A program made the position numbers and the translations under genes. This document shows positions 10,184-19,507 of a DNA stretch of 32,000 bases, in pieces. Under the pieces are notes generated by a model. That model searched no databases, was not told the DNA's origin, and saw only the letters and a program-made list of their open reading frames with translations. The stretch's first letter is position 1; every line of letters begins with the position of its first letter. This stretch comes from Nitrosospira multiformis ATCC 25196 (GTDB lineage Bacteria > Pseudomonadota > Gammaproteobacteria > Burkholderiales > Nitrosomonadaceae): assembly GCF_000196355.1 (NCBI RefSeq), contig NC_007614.1, positions 1,770,001 to 1,802,000 of the forward strand, read 5' to 3'.

Positions 10184-10564
10184 ATGGAGTCTCGTGTGAA
10201 ACTGCATCTTTCCGGTCCCACCGGGCACAACCTGTTTACCGGTTATGGAACCGACTACGTCATGATCAATCATGTACGCTACGATCATAGCCTGATCGTG
10301 TTGCCCGATCGCCTGATCGAAGAGTGGGAGGCAAAAACGTTCGAGGAACTCAATACTGAACACTTCCGGTTCATCCTCTCGCTGCAACCGGAAATGGTCC
10401 TCTTCGGAACGGGCGCCACATTGCGCTTTCCCCATCCGCAGCTTACCAGAAGCCTGATCGAGTCCGGCATTGGCATAGAAGTGATGGATACCGCTGCCGC
10501 CTGTCGCACTTACAACATATTATCCGCGGAAGAACGACGGGTAGCGGCTGCATTATTGATTTAA
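10184..10564 (+). CDS. Mth938-like domain-containing protein (DUF498/NDUFAF3-like)
   Basis: In-frame ATG at 10184 inside the longer track ORF 9869..10564; MESRVKLHLS..., LVLPDRLIEEW-like segment, PEMVLFGTGATLRFPHPQL, GIGIEVMDTAAACRTYNIL. Confidence 0.8.
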   Translation: MESRVKLHLSGPTGHNLFTGYGTDYVMINHVRYDHSLIVLPDRLIEEWEAKTFEELNTEHFRFILSLQPEMVLFGTGATLRFPHPQLTRSLIESGIGIEVMDTAAACRTYNILSAEERRVAAALLI

Positions 10565-10593
10565 CCAGATTGATAAACATCGAGGAGCAACGC

Positions 10594-10965
10594 ATGCAAT
10601 CCAATCCAGTCGGGTGGTTTGAAATTTATGTACAGGACATGGAACGCGCAAAAACGTTCTACGAAGGCGTTCTGCAAGGGAAGCTCGAGCGGATACCAAG
10701 CCCCGATATAGAACTGTGGGCCTTCCCCATGTCGGAGGAAGTCTACGGAGCGGCGGGCGCGCTAGCGAAAATGGAGGGTTGCCCGTCCGGCGGAAGCAGC
10801 ACTCTGGTTTATTTCAAATGTGAAGATTGTGCGGTAGAGGCCGCGCGTGCTGCCGAGCATGGTGGACGTGTTTTCAAGGAAAAAATGTCCATCGGTAAAT
10901 ATGGTTTCATCGCCCTGGTCCTCGACACCGAAGGCAATATGATCGGGTTACATTCGATGCAATAA
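10594..10965 (+). CDS. VOC (glyoxalase/bleomycin-resistance fold) family protein
   Basis: NPVGWFEIYVQDMERAKTFYEGVLQ...FKCEDCAVEAARAAEHGGRVFKEKMSIGKYGFIALVLDTEGNMIGLHS; GAGG-type Shine-Dalgarno upstream favours the ATG at 10594 over 10570. Confidence 0.85.
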   Translation: MQSNPVGWFEIYVQDMERAKTFYEGVLQGKLERIPSPDIELWAFPMSEEVYGAAGALAKMEGCPSGGSSTLVYFKCEDCAVEAARAAEHGGRVFKEKMSIGKYGFIALVLDTEGNMIGLHSMQ

Positions 10966-11193
10966 ACTCATCGACCGCTTCATCCGGAAAGCGGATTATC
11001 TCGTACTCACAGCAACTCCCCCTATCCTCCTCGCACAGCTTGCAACTTGCATAAAAAAACCTTTAGCGGCGTAAGGATCTTCGCCAGGGTTGAACAAACG
11101 GATCCGCGGACTGGGCAAGTGGCGTGAAAGACTGAAAACTGCGGATGCTCCCGTCATTCCCGCGGAGATTGCTTCTGTCTCTCGCCCTGCCGA

Positions 11194-12432
11194 TTATTCC
11201 TTTGCATCTTCCCTCGGAAAAAGTTGGGTTCGAACCCGTTCCCGCCACAGTTCTATCCAGCCAGGCACATCCTCCGGCAGCAGAGGGCGCGAGACAAAAG
11301 CTCCTTGCGCAAGATCGCACCCTGTACGGCGCAGAAGTTCCCAATCCTCCTGATCCTGTACGCCTTCCGCCACGACTTCCATATTCAATTGTCGTGCCAG
11401 GGACAAGCTCGCGTCGTAAATTGCCCGCAAGGTCTCATCCGTCGATGCGCGATGTACGAAACCCTGATCTATCTTGAGTTCGTCGAAAGGAATGTCGCGT
11501 AACTGGGCCAGTGATGAATGCCCTGTGCCAAAATCATCGATGGAAAGGCGGAAACGCTTCAAACGCAGCCGCGTCAGAATCTCAAGGGGCGCCCGTGTAT
11601 CCTGCATCAGTCGGCTTTCAGTTACTTCCAGCACCACATTTTGCGGGGCTATCCCCTCCTTTGCCGCGGCTTCCGCCACAAAATTCAGAAAATCGATCGA
11701 CGCGAGGTTATCCATGGAAACGTTGACGGCAATCCGCAGTGGCAGCCTGGCTTCCTGCCAGGCTTTTGCCTGAGTCATGGCGGCAGTAAATACGGTCTGA
11801 GTCAAATCATCGATCAACCCTGAAGCTTCCGCCACTCCAATGAACTGATCTGGAAATACTATTCCGTCCCTAGGGTGACGCCATCTTACAAGTGTCTCTA
11901 CGCCGACCACTTCACCACTCGCCACTGCGACCTTGGGCTGATAATAGTTGATCAGTTCACTCTCTTTTAGGGCGGCACGAAGCTCATCCGCGCTGTAGAC
12001 TTTCTTCGCTGTACCTGGGGCACTGGCGGAAGGCGGCGCCCACTTTCCCAGCATGGCAGCCAGAGCGTCAGGCGTCACGGGTTTATGCAGGTAACCCAAT
12101 ATGGGGATTTTGTGAGCACGCACGAGTTTTTCAGTGGTCTGAAGTATGCGTTCATCCTCACCACTGACCAATATGAGGCTGCCGGGATAGTGAAGATCCA
12201 CGAGGTGCCGCACAAACTCGATCCCATCCATTCCGGGCATGTTGAGATCCAGCAGTATCACATCGGGTACTGTATCAGCGTCCGTATTGGCTATTTTCTC
12301 CAGCGCGGTCCCCCCGCTATCACACAGCGTGATCGAGGCATATCCGAGATTGGATAAAATGCGATTCAACAGCTTGAGCATGAAAGACTCATCGTCAAGC
12401 ACCAGAATCTTCACTGCCGATCGTTCGACCAT
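11194..12432 (-). CDS. Response regulator with REC and C-terminal EAL (c-di-GMP phosphodiesterase) domain
   Basis: 412-aa ORF: REC with LVLDDE, VILLDLNMPGMDG, GYLHKP; EAL with VETLVRWRHP, AVNVSMDNL, LEVTESRLM, IDDFGTGHSSLAQL, LKIDQGFV, VVAEGVQ, QGAFVSRPL, so catalytic residues are present. Confidence 0.93.
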   Translation of the reverse strand: MVERSAVKILVLDDESFMLKLLNRILSNLGYASITLCDSGGTALEKIANTDADTVPDVILLDLNMPGMDGIEFVRHLVDLHYPGSLILVSGEDERILQTTEKLVRAHKIPILGYLHKPVTPDALAAMLGKWAPPSASAPGTAKKVYSADELRAALKESELINYYQPKVAVASGEVVGVETLVRWRHPRDGIVFPDQFIGVAEASGLIDDLTQTVFTAAMTQAKAWQEARLPLRIAVNVSMDNLASIDFLNFVAEAAAKEGIAPQNVVLEVTESRLMQDTRAPLEILTRLRLKRFRLSIDDFGTGHSSLAQLRDIPFDELKIDQGFVHRASTDETLRAIYDASLSLARQLNMEVVAEGVQDQEDWELLRRTGCDLAQGAFVSRPLLPEDVPGWIELWRERVRTQLFPREDAKE

Positions 12433-12515
12433 AACGTTTATCTTTTCAGTTATTGTTCAGTCAGGTTTCTGAATTCGAACATCGCTGGGGGCAACCTGTC
12501 TATCAGCCGACGATA

Positions 12516-15500
12516 TTATGCCAATGAGCCGATATACTTATCCACAGCGGCGAATTCCGATTCGAAAGATGGCAATAGCTCATTCAACCGAGTCATGTCA
12601 CCCGCCTTGCCCGCCTGTTCCATTTGAGCGCACAACTCACCCAATTGCAATGCGCCTATGGAGCGAGCCGAGGACTTAAGCTTGTGTCCGATACCGCCGG
12701 CTATTTTCGCATCACCGGCCAGACACGCTGCCTGCAACTCCTCTGCTGTTTTTCGTGCACTCGCCCGGAAATCCTGGAGGAATTCATTGATCACGGCGGG
12801 GTCGTTCCCTACAAGTTGTTCAAGGATATGGACATCGACAGGTTTTGCCACAACCGTGGATAGAGCGGGGGCGCCGGTAGCAGCAGATTCCCCGGGCGTA
12901 GCGGGAGCAACAGGTATGGCGGAAGGCGCGATAGAACCTGGTGGAGCCAGTTCGAGCAATTCAGTGCTGCTGCCGGGAGAAGGAAGCCACTTCTGTAGCA
13001 CCGCTTTCAAATGCGAGAGCTGCACCGGCTTGCTCAAATAGTCATCCATGCCCACCGCCCGGCAATGTTCAGCCTCACCCTTGAGTGCATTGGCCGTAAT
13101 GGCAATAATCGGCTTGCGCGCAGCGCCTTGCTCCCCCTCTTTGAGGCGAATTGCCGCGGTCAGTTGATACCCGTCGATTTCCGGCATATGCAAGTCTGTC
13201 AGCAGCAATGCATAGTTGTTGCTTTCCCAGCGTTTGAGCGCCTCCCCTCCATCCTTCGCAATATCCGCCGCATAACCGAGCAGGGAAAGCTGCTGCCGGA
13301 TCACTTTCTGGTTGATTTCGCTGTCTTCAGCGACGAGAATGAGCCTGCCTTCACTGAGTGCCTTTTCTCGCGACGGCAACGCTACCGCCTTCACCTCCTC
13401 GGAGGGCGGGACGGGTAATTCCTCCTGCAGCCTTCCGGCAGCGAGCGCGACTGCCCGCAGGAAGGCGTCACGGTGCATGACATCGCCATCCAGCGTAACG
13501 GTATCGACCTCTTCGGTACGCTCATGCCGCCTCCGCCCGCGACGAATGACGACAAAGCGGGGCTCAATATCAGGCTCGTGATGGCCGTGCTCGAGGACTA
13601 CGAAATGCGGATCCAGGTCAGGACGGGAACGGAAGGCGGCACGCAACTCTTCAAGGGGGGGTGTTTCATGCCCGGCATCTATGACCAGCAGCCACAGGCC
13701 GGGCGGAAGTACCTCGATTCGCTTGAGTGCGGCTGGCAAATCGATCACTCGCTCTGCAACCGCGCCGCTGTATCTCAGATATACCGCCAGATCGTCCGCC
13801 AAACCTTTTTCAGCACCGATTACCAGGCAGGAGATGCCGGTGAGATCGATAACCTTATCTTCCATGTGCGAGGAAGGAATGAGGTCAAAGCTCAACCGCA
13901 CAGTGAAAACCGACCCTTCGCCCGGAGCACTCCGGACCTGGATACTCCCTCCCATCAATTCCACCAGATGATGAGTGATCGCCAGCCCCAGTCCGGTTCC
14001 ACCATACCGCCGGGTGGTGGACGTATCTCCTTGGGTAAAAGAGGTGAAAAGCCGCGACTGTACCTCCTCGTTCATGCCTATGCCATTATCGGTTATCTCG
14101 AATTCCACCGTTACCGTATCCTGGTCGTGCTCAACGAGCAGCGCACGCACCGACACCCGCCCCGGCTCCTGTAATCCGCTGGAAAACTTGATAGCGTTAT
14201 TGGCAAGATTGACGAGCACTTGGCGCAACCGCAGTGCATCACCGAGGACTTCATCAGGTATCGCCGGGTCGAGAAACAGGGTAAGTTCCACAGCTTTCCT
14301 GGCAGCCAGGCTTTCGAGCATGGCACATGCTTTTTCCACGACCTTTTCCACGGACATCGGCGCCTGCTCGATTTCGAGTCTTCCTGCTTCGATTTTTGAA
14401 AAATCCAGGATATCCTCGATGATTTCCAGCAGCGCAAAAGCCGATTCACGGATGAGATCGACCATCTCCATCTGATAACCGCTCAGGCTGGTTTGCTGCA
14501 GCACGTCAGCCATGCCGATCACGCCATTCATGGGAGTGCGTATCTCGTGGCTCATGGCTGCAAGAAAGATGGATTTTGCCTCGTTGGCCTGCTCCGCCTC
14601 ATGCCGAGCCTGTTCGAGGTCCTTGAGAATCCTGATTCTCTCACTGACATTGATGCCGGACGGAATCAGCTTGATCACCTTGCCTTTATCATCACGCACC
14701 GGTACCAGCATGAAATCGATTGTCATGAGATCGCCATTGGCAATGCGAATCGCAACGTCATGGCGCACGATCTCGCCCGCCACTGCCCGCCGGATGTCGT
14801 CGCGGATCTGTTGTTGCACCTCCGGCTTATAGGAAAACCATTCGGTCTCGGACAAACATTTGCCAATGACATCTCCGCTCTGCAGGCCGCCCACCTCCAG
14901 AGCGGTGCGATTCATCTCCACCAGCACTCCATCGGGGGTCATTTCGCCAACAAGAGCGGCCAGATTATCCACGATGGCTCGAAAACGTTGTTCACTGTTG
15001 CGCAAAGCCTGTTCGACCCGCTTGCGTTCGCGGATATCGCGCAAAACCCCGGTGAAATAACGTTTGCCCCCCACGAAGTATTCACTGACTGCGACATACA
15101 GATCGATGAGTTCACCATTCTTGTGCCGGCCTTCCACTTCGCGGCCCATGCCGATGTTATGCACTCCTTCGACTTCCAGCGTCAGAATGTGATCGAATTC
15201 GCACCGCCCCCTTCCGGTCCGGTAGTATCTTTCGACGTATCCCTCATGACCGCTGCGGAAAGGTTCGGGCATCAGAATGGAGACGGGTTGACCGATTACT
15301 TCCTCCCGGGTGTAACCGAAGAGTTTTTCGATAACGGGATTGACCGAGCGTATTATGCTTTTGTCGTCGATCGTAATGATGCAGTCCACCATGTGCTCCA
15401 CGATCGAGCGCATTTCCTCTTCCTTGCTGATGAGCACTGCATTCGCCTGCTCCAGGTCAGCTGTGCGTTCGGCAACATGGTTTTCGAGGTCCTGGTTGAG

Positions 15501-16709
15501 CTGGCGCAAATCGTTTTCAGCTACATCTCGCTGGCGATTGCTGGCGGTCAGGCGCTCGGTCATTGTGTTGAAAGTACTGGCGAGCTGGCCGATTTCGTCC
15601 CATCCCGCAACGGGAACACGCTGCTTGAGATTTCCACCGGCGATGTGCTGCGCGCTATGGCTGAGATTTTTCAGTGTGGTAACCACGCGCCTGCTGAACA
15701 GCAAAGCTCCCAGCATGGCAGCAATCAGGATGAAGCCCAGGACGATCAAGCTGTAGTTGCGCACCCTCGGAACAAAAGCAAACACTTCCTCAGCATCCAT
15801 CTTGACCTCGATACCCCAGTTCATGCGCGGCAGGTAACGCCAGGCGGCCACCACTTCCTTGTTGCGGTAATCCATTTTCACTCCGCCCCCCCGCTCTCCG
15901 TGCAATCCGCTATGAACTACAATTGAAAATGGTGGAGTGGAGAGAGGTATCCTGTATTGCAGTGCGGCATTCGACTGATGCTTGAGCGGCGCGATCACAA
16001 GCGCAGTGCGATCGTTGAGAAGGCGCGTTACGACAGTTTCACCGCTTGTTCCCAGTCCCACATTATCAGTGACAACCTCGAACACGCGTTCGCTGTAGAT
16101 TTGCAGCGCCAAAACACCTTCCAGTTTTCCATCAGCCATGATGGGCAATGCCATGAAGGCGGCAATTGCGCCTCTCGAGGGCGGGTAGTATTCGAAATCC
16201 GAGACGCCGCTCTGCAAGGTATTGAGTGCAGCACGCACAACAAAGGCAAAACCGCTGTTTCGATACGGGCCGGTGATCAAGCTCGTCGCAAAATCCGATT
16301 CATGGGCTTGGCTGTAGACGATTTCACCTTGGGGGGAGATGAGGAATAGATCGTAATACCCCGCATCCTCTACGAAGCGCTTGAAATGTTCGCGATAAAA
16401 TGTATCCAGTTGCCGATAGGCATTGGAGTCCACTCCACTCTTCACGTACACCCGGCTGAAGTCCTGTATAGCCATGCGTGTCGTACTGGTTGTCTGGATC
16501 ACCCTCGCGTCCAGCAAACGCTCGCGCAGATAGCTGTCAATCTGTTCCGCTTTCATGTCGGCGATTGCTGATACCTGTTGAATCGCGCTTTTTTCCGCCT
16601 CCGTCTCAAAGGTGCCCAACAGGGCATAACCAATGATCAGGATAGGCAGCAAGGAAACGGCTACAAACCAGACAGCAAAACGCTGTGTAAGCGAGGTAAA
16701 GCGTATCAT
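12516..16709 (-). CDS. Hybrid sensor histidine kinase: TM, periplasmic Cache-like sensor, TM, HAMP, two PAS/PAC, HisKA, HATPase, degenerate REC, REC, HPt
   Basis: Long ORF (track 12516..16739). Motifs: [65 protein letters not shown]...[13 protein letters not shown]...YLSKPV, HPt [15 protein letters not shown]. Start at 16709 (MIRFTSL...) preferred because GGAGGG lies just upstream. Confidence 0.94.
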   Translation of the reverse strand: MIRFTSLTQRFAVWFVAVSLLPILIIGYALLGTFETEAEKSAIQQVSAIADMKAEQIDSYLRERLLDARVIQTTSTTRMAIQDFSRVYVKSGVDSNAYRQLDTFYREHFKRFVEDAGYYDLFLISPQGEIVYSQAHESDFATSLITGPYRNSGFAFVVRAALNTLQSGVSDFEYYPPSRGAIAAFMALPIMADGKLEGVLALQIYSERVFEVVTDNVGLGTSGETVVTRLLNDRTALVIAPLKHQSNAALQYRIPLSTPPFSIVVHSGLHGERGGGVKMDYRNKEVVAAWRYLPRMNWGIEVKMDAEEVFAFVPRVRNYSLIVLGFILIAAMLGALLFSRRVVTTLKNLSHSAQHIAGGNLKQRVPVAGWDEIGQLASTFNTMTERLTASNRQRDVAENDLRQLNQDLENHVAERTADLEQANAVLISKEEEMRSIVEHMVDCIITIDDKSIIRSVNPVIEKLFGYTREEVIGQPVSILMPEPFRSGHEGYVERYYRTGRGRCEFDHILTLEVEGVHNIGMGREVEGRHKNGELIDLYVAVSEYFVGGKRYFTGVLRDIRERKRVEQALRNSEQRFRAIVDNLAALVGEMTPDGVLVEMNRTALEVGGLQSGDVIGKCLSETEWFSYKPEVQQQIRDDIRRAVAGEIVRHDVAIRIANGDLMTIDFMLVPVRDDKGKVIKLIPSGINVSERIRILKDLEQARHEAEQANEAKSIFLAAMSHEIRTPMNGVIGMADVLQQTSLSGYQMEMVDLIRESAFALLEIIEDILDFSKIEAGRLEIEQAPMSVEKVVEKACAMLESLAARKAVELTLFLDPAIPDEVLGDALRLRQVLVNLANNAIKFSSGLQEPGRVSVRALLVEHDQDTVTVEFEITDNGIGMNEEVQSRLFTSFTQGDTSTTRRYGGTGLGLAITHHLVELMGGSIQVRSAPGEGSVFTVRLSFDLIPSSHMEDKVIDLTGISCLVIGAEKGLADDLAVYLRYSGAVAERVIDLPAALKRIEVLPPGLWLLVIDAGHETPPLEELRAAFRSRPDLDPHFVVLEHGHHEPDIEPRFVVIRRGRRRHERTEEVDTVTLDGDVMHRDAFLRAVALAAGRLQEELPVPPSEEVKAVALPSREKALSEGRLILVAEDSEINQKVIRQQLSLLGYAADIAKDGGEALKRWESNNYALLLTDLHMPEIDGYQLTAAIRLKEGEQGAARKPIIAITANALKGEAEHCRAVGMDDYLSKPVQLSHLKAVLQKWLPSPGSSTELLELAPPGSIAPSAIPVAPATPGESAATGAPALSTVVAKPVDVHILEQLVGNDPAVINEFLQDFRASARKTAEELQAACLAGDAKIAGGIGHKLKSSARSIGALQLGELCAQMEQAGKAGDMTRLNELLPSFESEFAAVDKYIGSLA

Positions 16710-16713
16710 CGTC

Positions 16714-18045
16714 TCACCCTCCCGGCTTCGGGGAAGCACCGGCGGGTTTTCCCTTGAATTGTGTGGTCTGCAGGATCGGAGGCGTGTTCAGCACCTTCTC
16801 CAGCAGGACGTTCCACTCTTCACGCGACCGATAGGACGGGAATGGCGATGGTTCCAGCGGTCGCGTGGAATCCCACACAATATCGAATTGGCCGTCTTCC
16901 CGCACTTTGCCAACCCGGGCCACTTTCCATGCGTGGCGCGTAACCGGATCAAGCGCGACGATCCCCTCCGGGGCAGGAAGGCTTTGACGCAGGATCAATC
17001 TTTGTACCTTTGCCAGGTTACCTGAGCCCGCCTCGGCGGCGGCCTGGATCCACATGCGCACGTTGACGTAGGAGGCTTCCGCTGGGCTGTCAACGACTGC
17101 TTGCTCCCCATAACGGTCGTGGAACCGCTTGACGAATGCCTGATTCTCCGGCGAAGGAATGGTTTGGAAATAATTCCGGACAGCGAAGTGTCCCGTCATT
17201 GGTATCTTATCCTGTCCCGACAGCACTACTTCGGTAACGCTGAACGACAATACCGGGGTGCTCTCCGCTGTGATTCCCCTCCTGTTCAATGTTTGAAAGA
17301 ACCCGGCGTTATAGGCGCCCGCAATCGTGCTCAATATCAGATCGGGCTGTTGATCCACGATATCCTCTACAAGAGATTCCATGTTTTGGGAACCAAGAGG
17401 CAGATAATATTCCCCCGCTACGATTCCGCCGTTTACTGCCAGAACATCCTTGATAAGAATATTCACGACTCGCGAAAAAACATTCTCTGATCCTGCTAGA
17501 TAGACCCGTTTGCCACTATGACGTGCATGTTTCCGGTTACCTAGATTTTCCAGGGCCCAGTACACAGCAGGCATCACCAATTGATTTGGTACTGCACCTC
17601 CGTAGATGATATTAGGCGACTGTTCCATACCCTCATACCGCAGCGCATAAAACAGCAGGTGATCGTGTCGTTCTACAACCGATTTCACCGCGTTGCGGCA
17701 GGTAGAAGTCCAGCAACCGAATAATGCCTCCACTCTCTCTTCGAGAATCAGGCGTTCGGCCTCCCGGGCGCAATGACCCGCGTCTGACCTGCAATCCGCT
17801 ACCACAGCTTCAATTTCATGACCGTGGATTCCTCCCGCCGCATTGGCCTCCTCAACGGCCAACTGTATTGCATCAATCAACGGCTTCTCGCTTGCAGCTA
17901 GGACCCCGGAGAGGGAGTGGAGCACGCCTATCCTGATGCTCGGCTTACTTCCAGCAAGATACTGCCATACCACCGCCGCCATGATCACGAGAACAATTAA
18001 CAGAATCAGGGGAATACCCAGTTTATGGTTGCCCTTCAATGCCAC
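16714..18045 (-). CDS. UrtA/AmiC-like periplasmic-binding (ABC substrate-binding family) protein with N-terminal membrane anchor; probable receptor component
   Basis: 443-aa ORF, GTG start. [105 protein letters not shown] resemble UrtA. N-terminus [24 protein letters not shown] has no lipobox Cys. Confidence 0.87.
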   Translation of the reverse strand: MALKGNHKLGIPLILLIVLVIMAAVVWQYLAGSKPSIRIGVLHSLSGVLAASEKPLIDAIQLAVEEANAAGGIHGHEIEAVVADCRSDAGHCAREAERLILEERVEALFGCWTSTCRNAVKSVVERHDHLLFYALRYEGMEQSPNIIYGGAVPNQLVMPAVYWALENLGNRKHARHSGKRVYLAGSENVFSRVVNILIKDVLAVNGGIVAGEYYLPLGSQNMESLVEDIVDQQPDLILSTIAGAYNAGFFQTLNRRGITAESTPVLSFSVTEVVLSGQDKIPMTGHFAVRNYFQTIPSPENQAFVKRFHDRYGEQAVVDSPAEASYVNVRMWIQAAAEAGSGNLAKVQRLILRQSLPAPEGIVALDPVTRHAWKVARVGKVREDGQFDIVWDSTRPLEPSPFPSYRSREEWNVLLEKVLNTPPILQTTQFKGKPAGASPKPGG

Positions 18046-18373
18046 CCTCTTCGATAGGAGCCGGAAAATACCGCATCTGATCCCTTCATCGCTATTTCCA
18101 TCATAGACTTGATAGGAGGATGGCGAAACGCCTTCGGAGAAATTCTGTTGAAAACAAGGTTTCCTGTTTTCAACCTGATTCTCCTCCTTTTGACCTGTAT
18201 CCCTCTTCTCCGTTCGTCCTGAAGCCTTCGGCGTCGGGATAGGCTCGGCTCAGGACATTCCCCATTCCCTTTGGCGGGGCGCAAGAGATGCTCGAGGAAG
18301 GACTCTCAGGTAAACCGGAAGGGTCGAAGGGGTGCCGGGAAGAGTGGGCGTTGAAAAGGCGCGTTTTGAGCTG

Positions 18374-19318
18374 TCAGGGCTTCATAAGGACTTCTATATG
18401 CGCTGCCACGCTTCGTGCCAGCGCAGCCAACGCATACCCGCCTTCCAGCACCGATACGATACGTTTCCCGGCATAAGCGCGGGCAACCTCTTTGATTTTT
18501 TCAGTTACCCACGCGTAATCGTCTTCCACCAGATTCAGAGAAGCAAGCTCATCATCGGCATGAGCATCGAAACCAGCAGAAACAAACAACATTTGCGGTT
18601 TAAACCTTTCCAGCGCCGGCAACCAGAATTCATCCACTGCTTTGCGAAATACCTTGCCGTTGCTCCCCGCTGGCAGCGGGATGTTGACCATTCGCTCTGA
18701 ACGGCCTGCGATGCCGCTATATGGATAGAACGGGTGCTGAAATGTCGAGACCATCATGACGCGGGGATCGTGCTGAAAGATATCTTCCGTACCGTTGCCG
18801 TGATGCACGTCGAAGTCCACCACCGCGACACGTTTCAGAGCATGTGTTTCAAGCGCGTGAGCAACCGCTACGGCAATATTGTTGAACAGGCAGAAACCCA
18901 TCGGGTATCCGCGTTCCGCGTGGTGACCCGGGGGACGAATACTGCAAAATGCATTTTCCGCCGCTCCTTCTATCACGAGATCGGCAGCGAGGACAACAGC
19001 CCCCGCGGCCCGATAAGCTGCTCCAAGGCTGTGGCGGTTCATGGCGGTATCCGGATCAAGGTAGACGAAACCTCCCGAAGCCGCGCGGGATGCTGCAGCG
19101 TGCAACCTTGCAATATGCTCCCGTGTATGCACACGCTCCAGTTGGCCGACAGTCGCTAATGGCGCCTGATAGCGTCTAAGTTTATCCATCAGTCCTGAAG
19201 CAGACAGCTCGTCCTCGATCGCCTTCAGCCGCGCTGGACTCTCAGGATGATAAAAATCCATTTCGTGCAACAGGCAATCCGGATGGGAAATGAAAGCGGT
19301 ATGGGAAGCGGGTCGCAT
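18374..19318 (-). CDS. Histone deacetylase family protein (HDAC/acetylpolyamine amidohydrolase-like)
   Basis: 314-aa ORF; FCSIRPPGHHAERGYPMGFCLFNNIAVA, VAVVDFDVHHGNGTEDIF, LFVSAGFDAHADDELASLNL, VSVLEGGYAL. Confidence 0.94.
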   Translation of the reverse strand: MRPASHTAFISHPDCLLHEMDFYHPESPARLKAIEDELSASGLMDKLRRYQAPLATVGQLERVHTREHIARLHAAASRAASGGFVYLDPDTAMNRHSLGAAYRAAGAVVLAADLVIEGAAENAFCSIRPPGHHAERGYPMGFCLFNNIAVAVAHALETHALKRVAVVDFDVHHGNGTEDIFQHDPRVMMVSTFQHPFYPYSGIAGRSERMVNIPLPAGSNGKVFRKAVDEFWLPALERFKPQMLFVSAGFDAHADDELASLNLVEDDYAWVTEKIKEVARAYAGKRIVSVLEGGYALAALARSVAAHIEVLMKP

Positions 19319-19507
19319 GGGCTACCTCTCTTGATGTCGTCTCGTTGCCTTTTCCGGATGTGTTTTCTGCAAATTGAACCCCTGTCCACTCCGTGCTAAT
19401 CTCATGGCTCAGGAATCCACCCCAGGTTGATAATTCCGTGACGCGCCGCCATCGCACCTGCGCAGGACATTTTCCTGAAGACGCTGTCTAAAACAATAAG
19501 GCGTTCA

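Noticed and set aside
11227-11238. GGGTTCGAACCC perfect palindrome resembling a tRNA T-arm
   Set aside because: It lies in the C-terminal codons of the EAL regulator and no acceptor, D or anticodon arms are visible nearby.
14493-15926. 477-aa plus-strand ORF antisense to the hybrid kinase
   Set aside because: Translation is His/Phe-rich with no recognisable motifs, and the opposite strand encodes unambiguous kinase domains; this is a shadow ORF.
18036-18284. 82-aa minus-strand ORF upstream of the binding-protein gene
   Set aside because: No motifs or hydrophobic segment, Arg-rich, and overlaps the start of the supported gene in another frame; treated as intergenic leader DNA.
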